64,000 bases of DNA from Octopus vulgaris. Lineage: Eukaryota. Where the stretch lies: contig OX597817.1 of the NCBI GenBank assembly GCA_951406725.2, forward strand, positions 620,001 through 684,000, written 5' to 3'. Under the pieces are notes generated by a model. The model did no database searches and was not told where the DNA came from. It saw only the letters and a program-made list of their open reading frames with translations. Of the stretch, positions 63,801 through 64,000 are shown piece by piece. The first letter of the stretch is position 1. Each line of letters begins with the position of its first letter. The translations under genes were made by a program, and so were the position numbers.

Positions 63801-64000
63801 TTGCTGCTACTGCTGCTGCTACTGCTACTACTACTATTAAGGCAGCAAGCTAGCAGGATCATTAACAAGCCAAGCAAAATGCTTAGCTGCATTATGGCCA
63901 TCTTTAGGTTCTGAGTTCAAATTCTGTCAAGATCAACTTTGCCTTTCATCCTTTCAGAGTTGATGAAATAAGTACCAGTTGAGTACTGGGGTTGAAATTT

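Overview
AT-rich, microsatellite-dense eukaryotic (animal) DNA. The SINE, RTE-LINE and mariner repertoire resembles that of Octopus (coleoid cephalopod); this assignment is inferred, not proven. The window starts with the last three coding exons of FBXO9 (+). A convergent uncharacterised gene on the minus strand has an intact ~2.4-kb terminal coding exon (792 codons including the stop) predicting a helical N-terminus, a coiled coil and a C-terminal AT-hook. Its upstream exons probably lie across a TE-filled ~21-25 kb intron leading to a CpG/GA-rich promoter-like region at ~43.9-45.7 kb. The rest is mostly repeats: several mariner elements (one intact except for two TGA stops), Tc1 and piggyBac fragments, hAT-like MITEs, Helitrons, RTE and CR1-like LINE fragments and at least three tRNA-derived SINE families. 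There are weak signs of two further exon sets near the right end. No prokaryotic-type system (e.g. CRISPR) is present. Most repeat boundaries were read by eye and are approximate.
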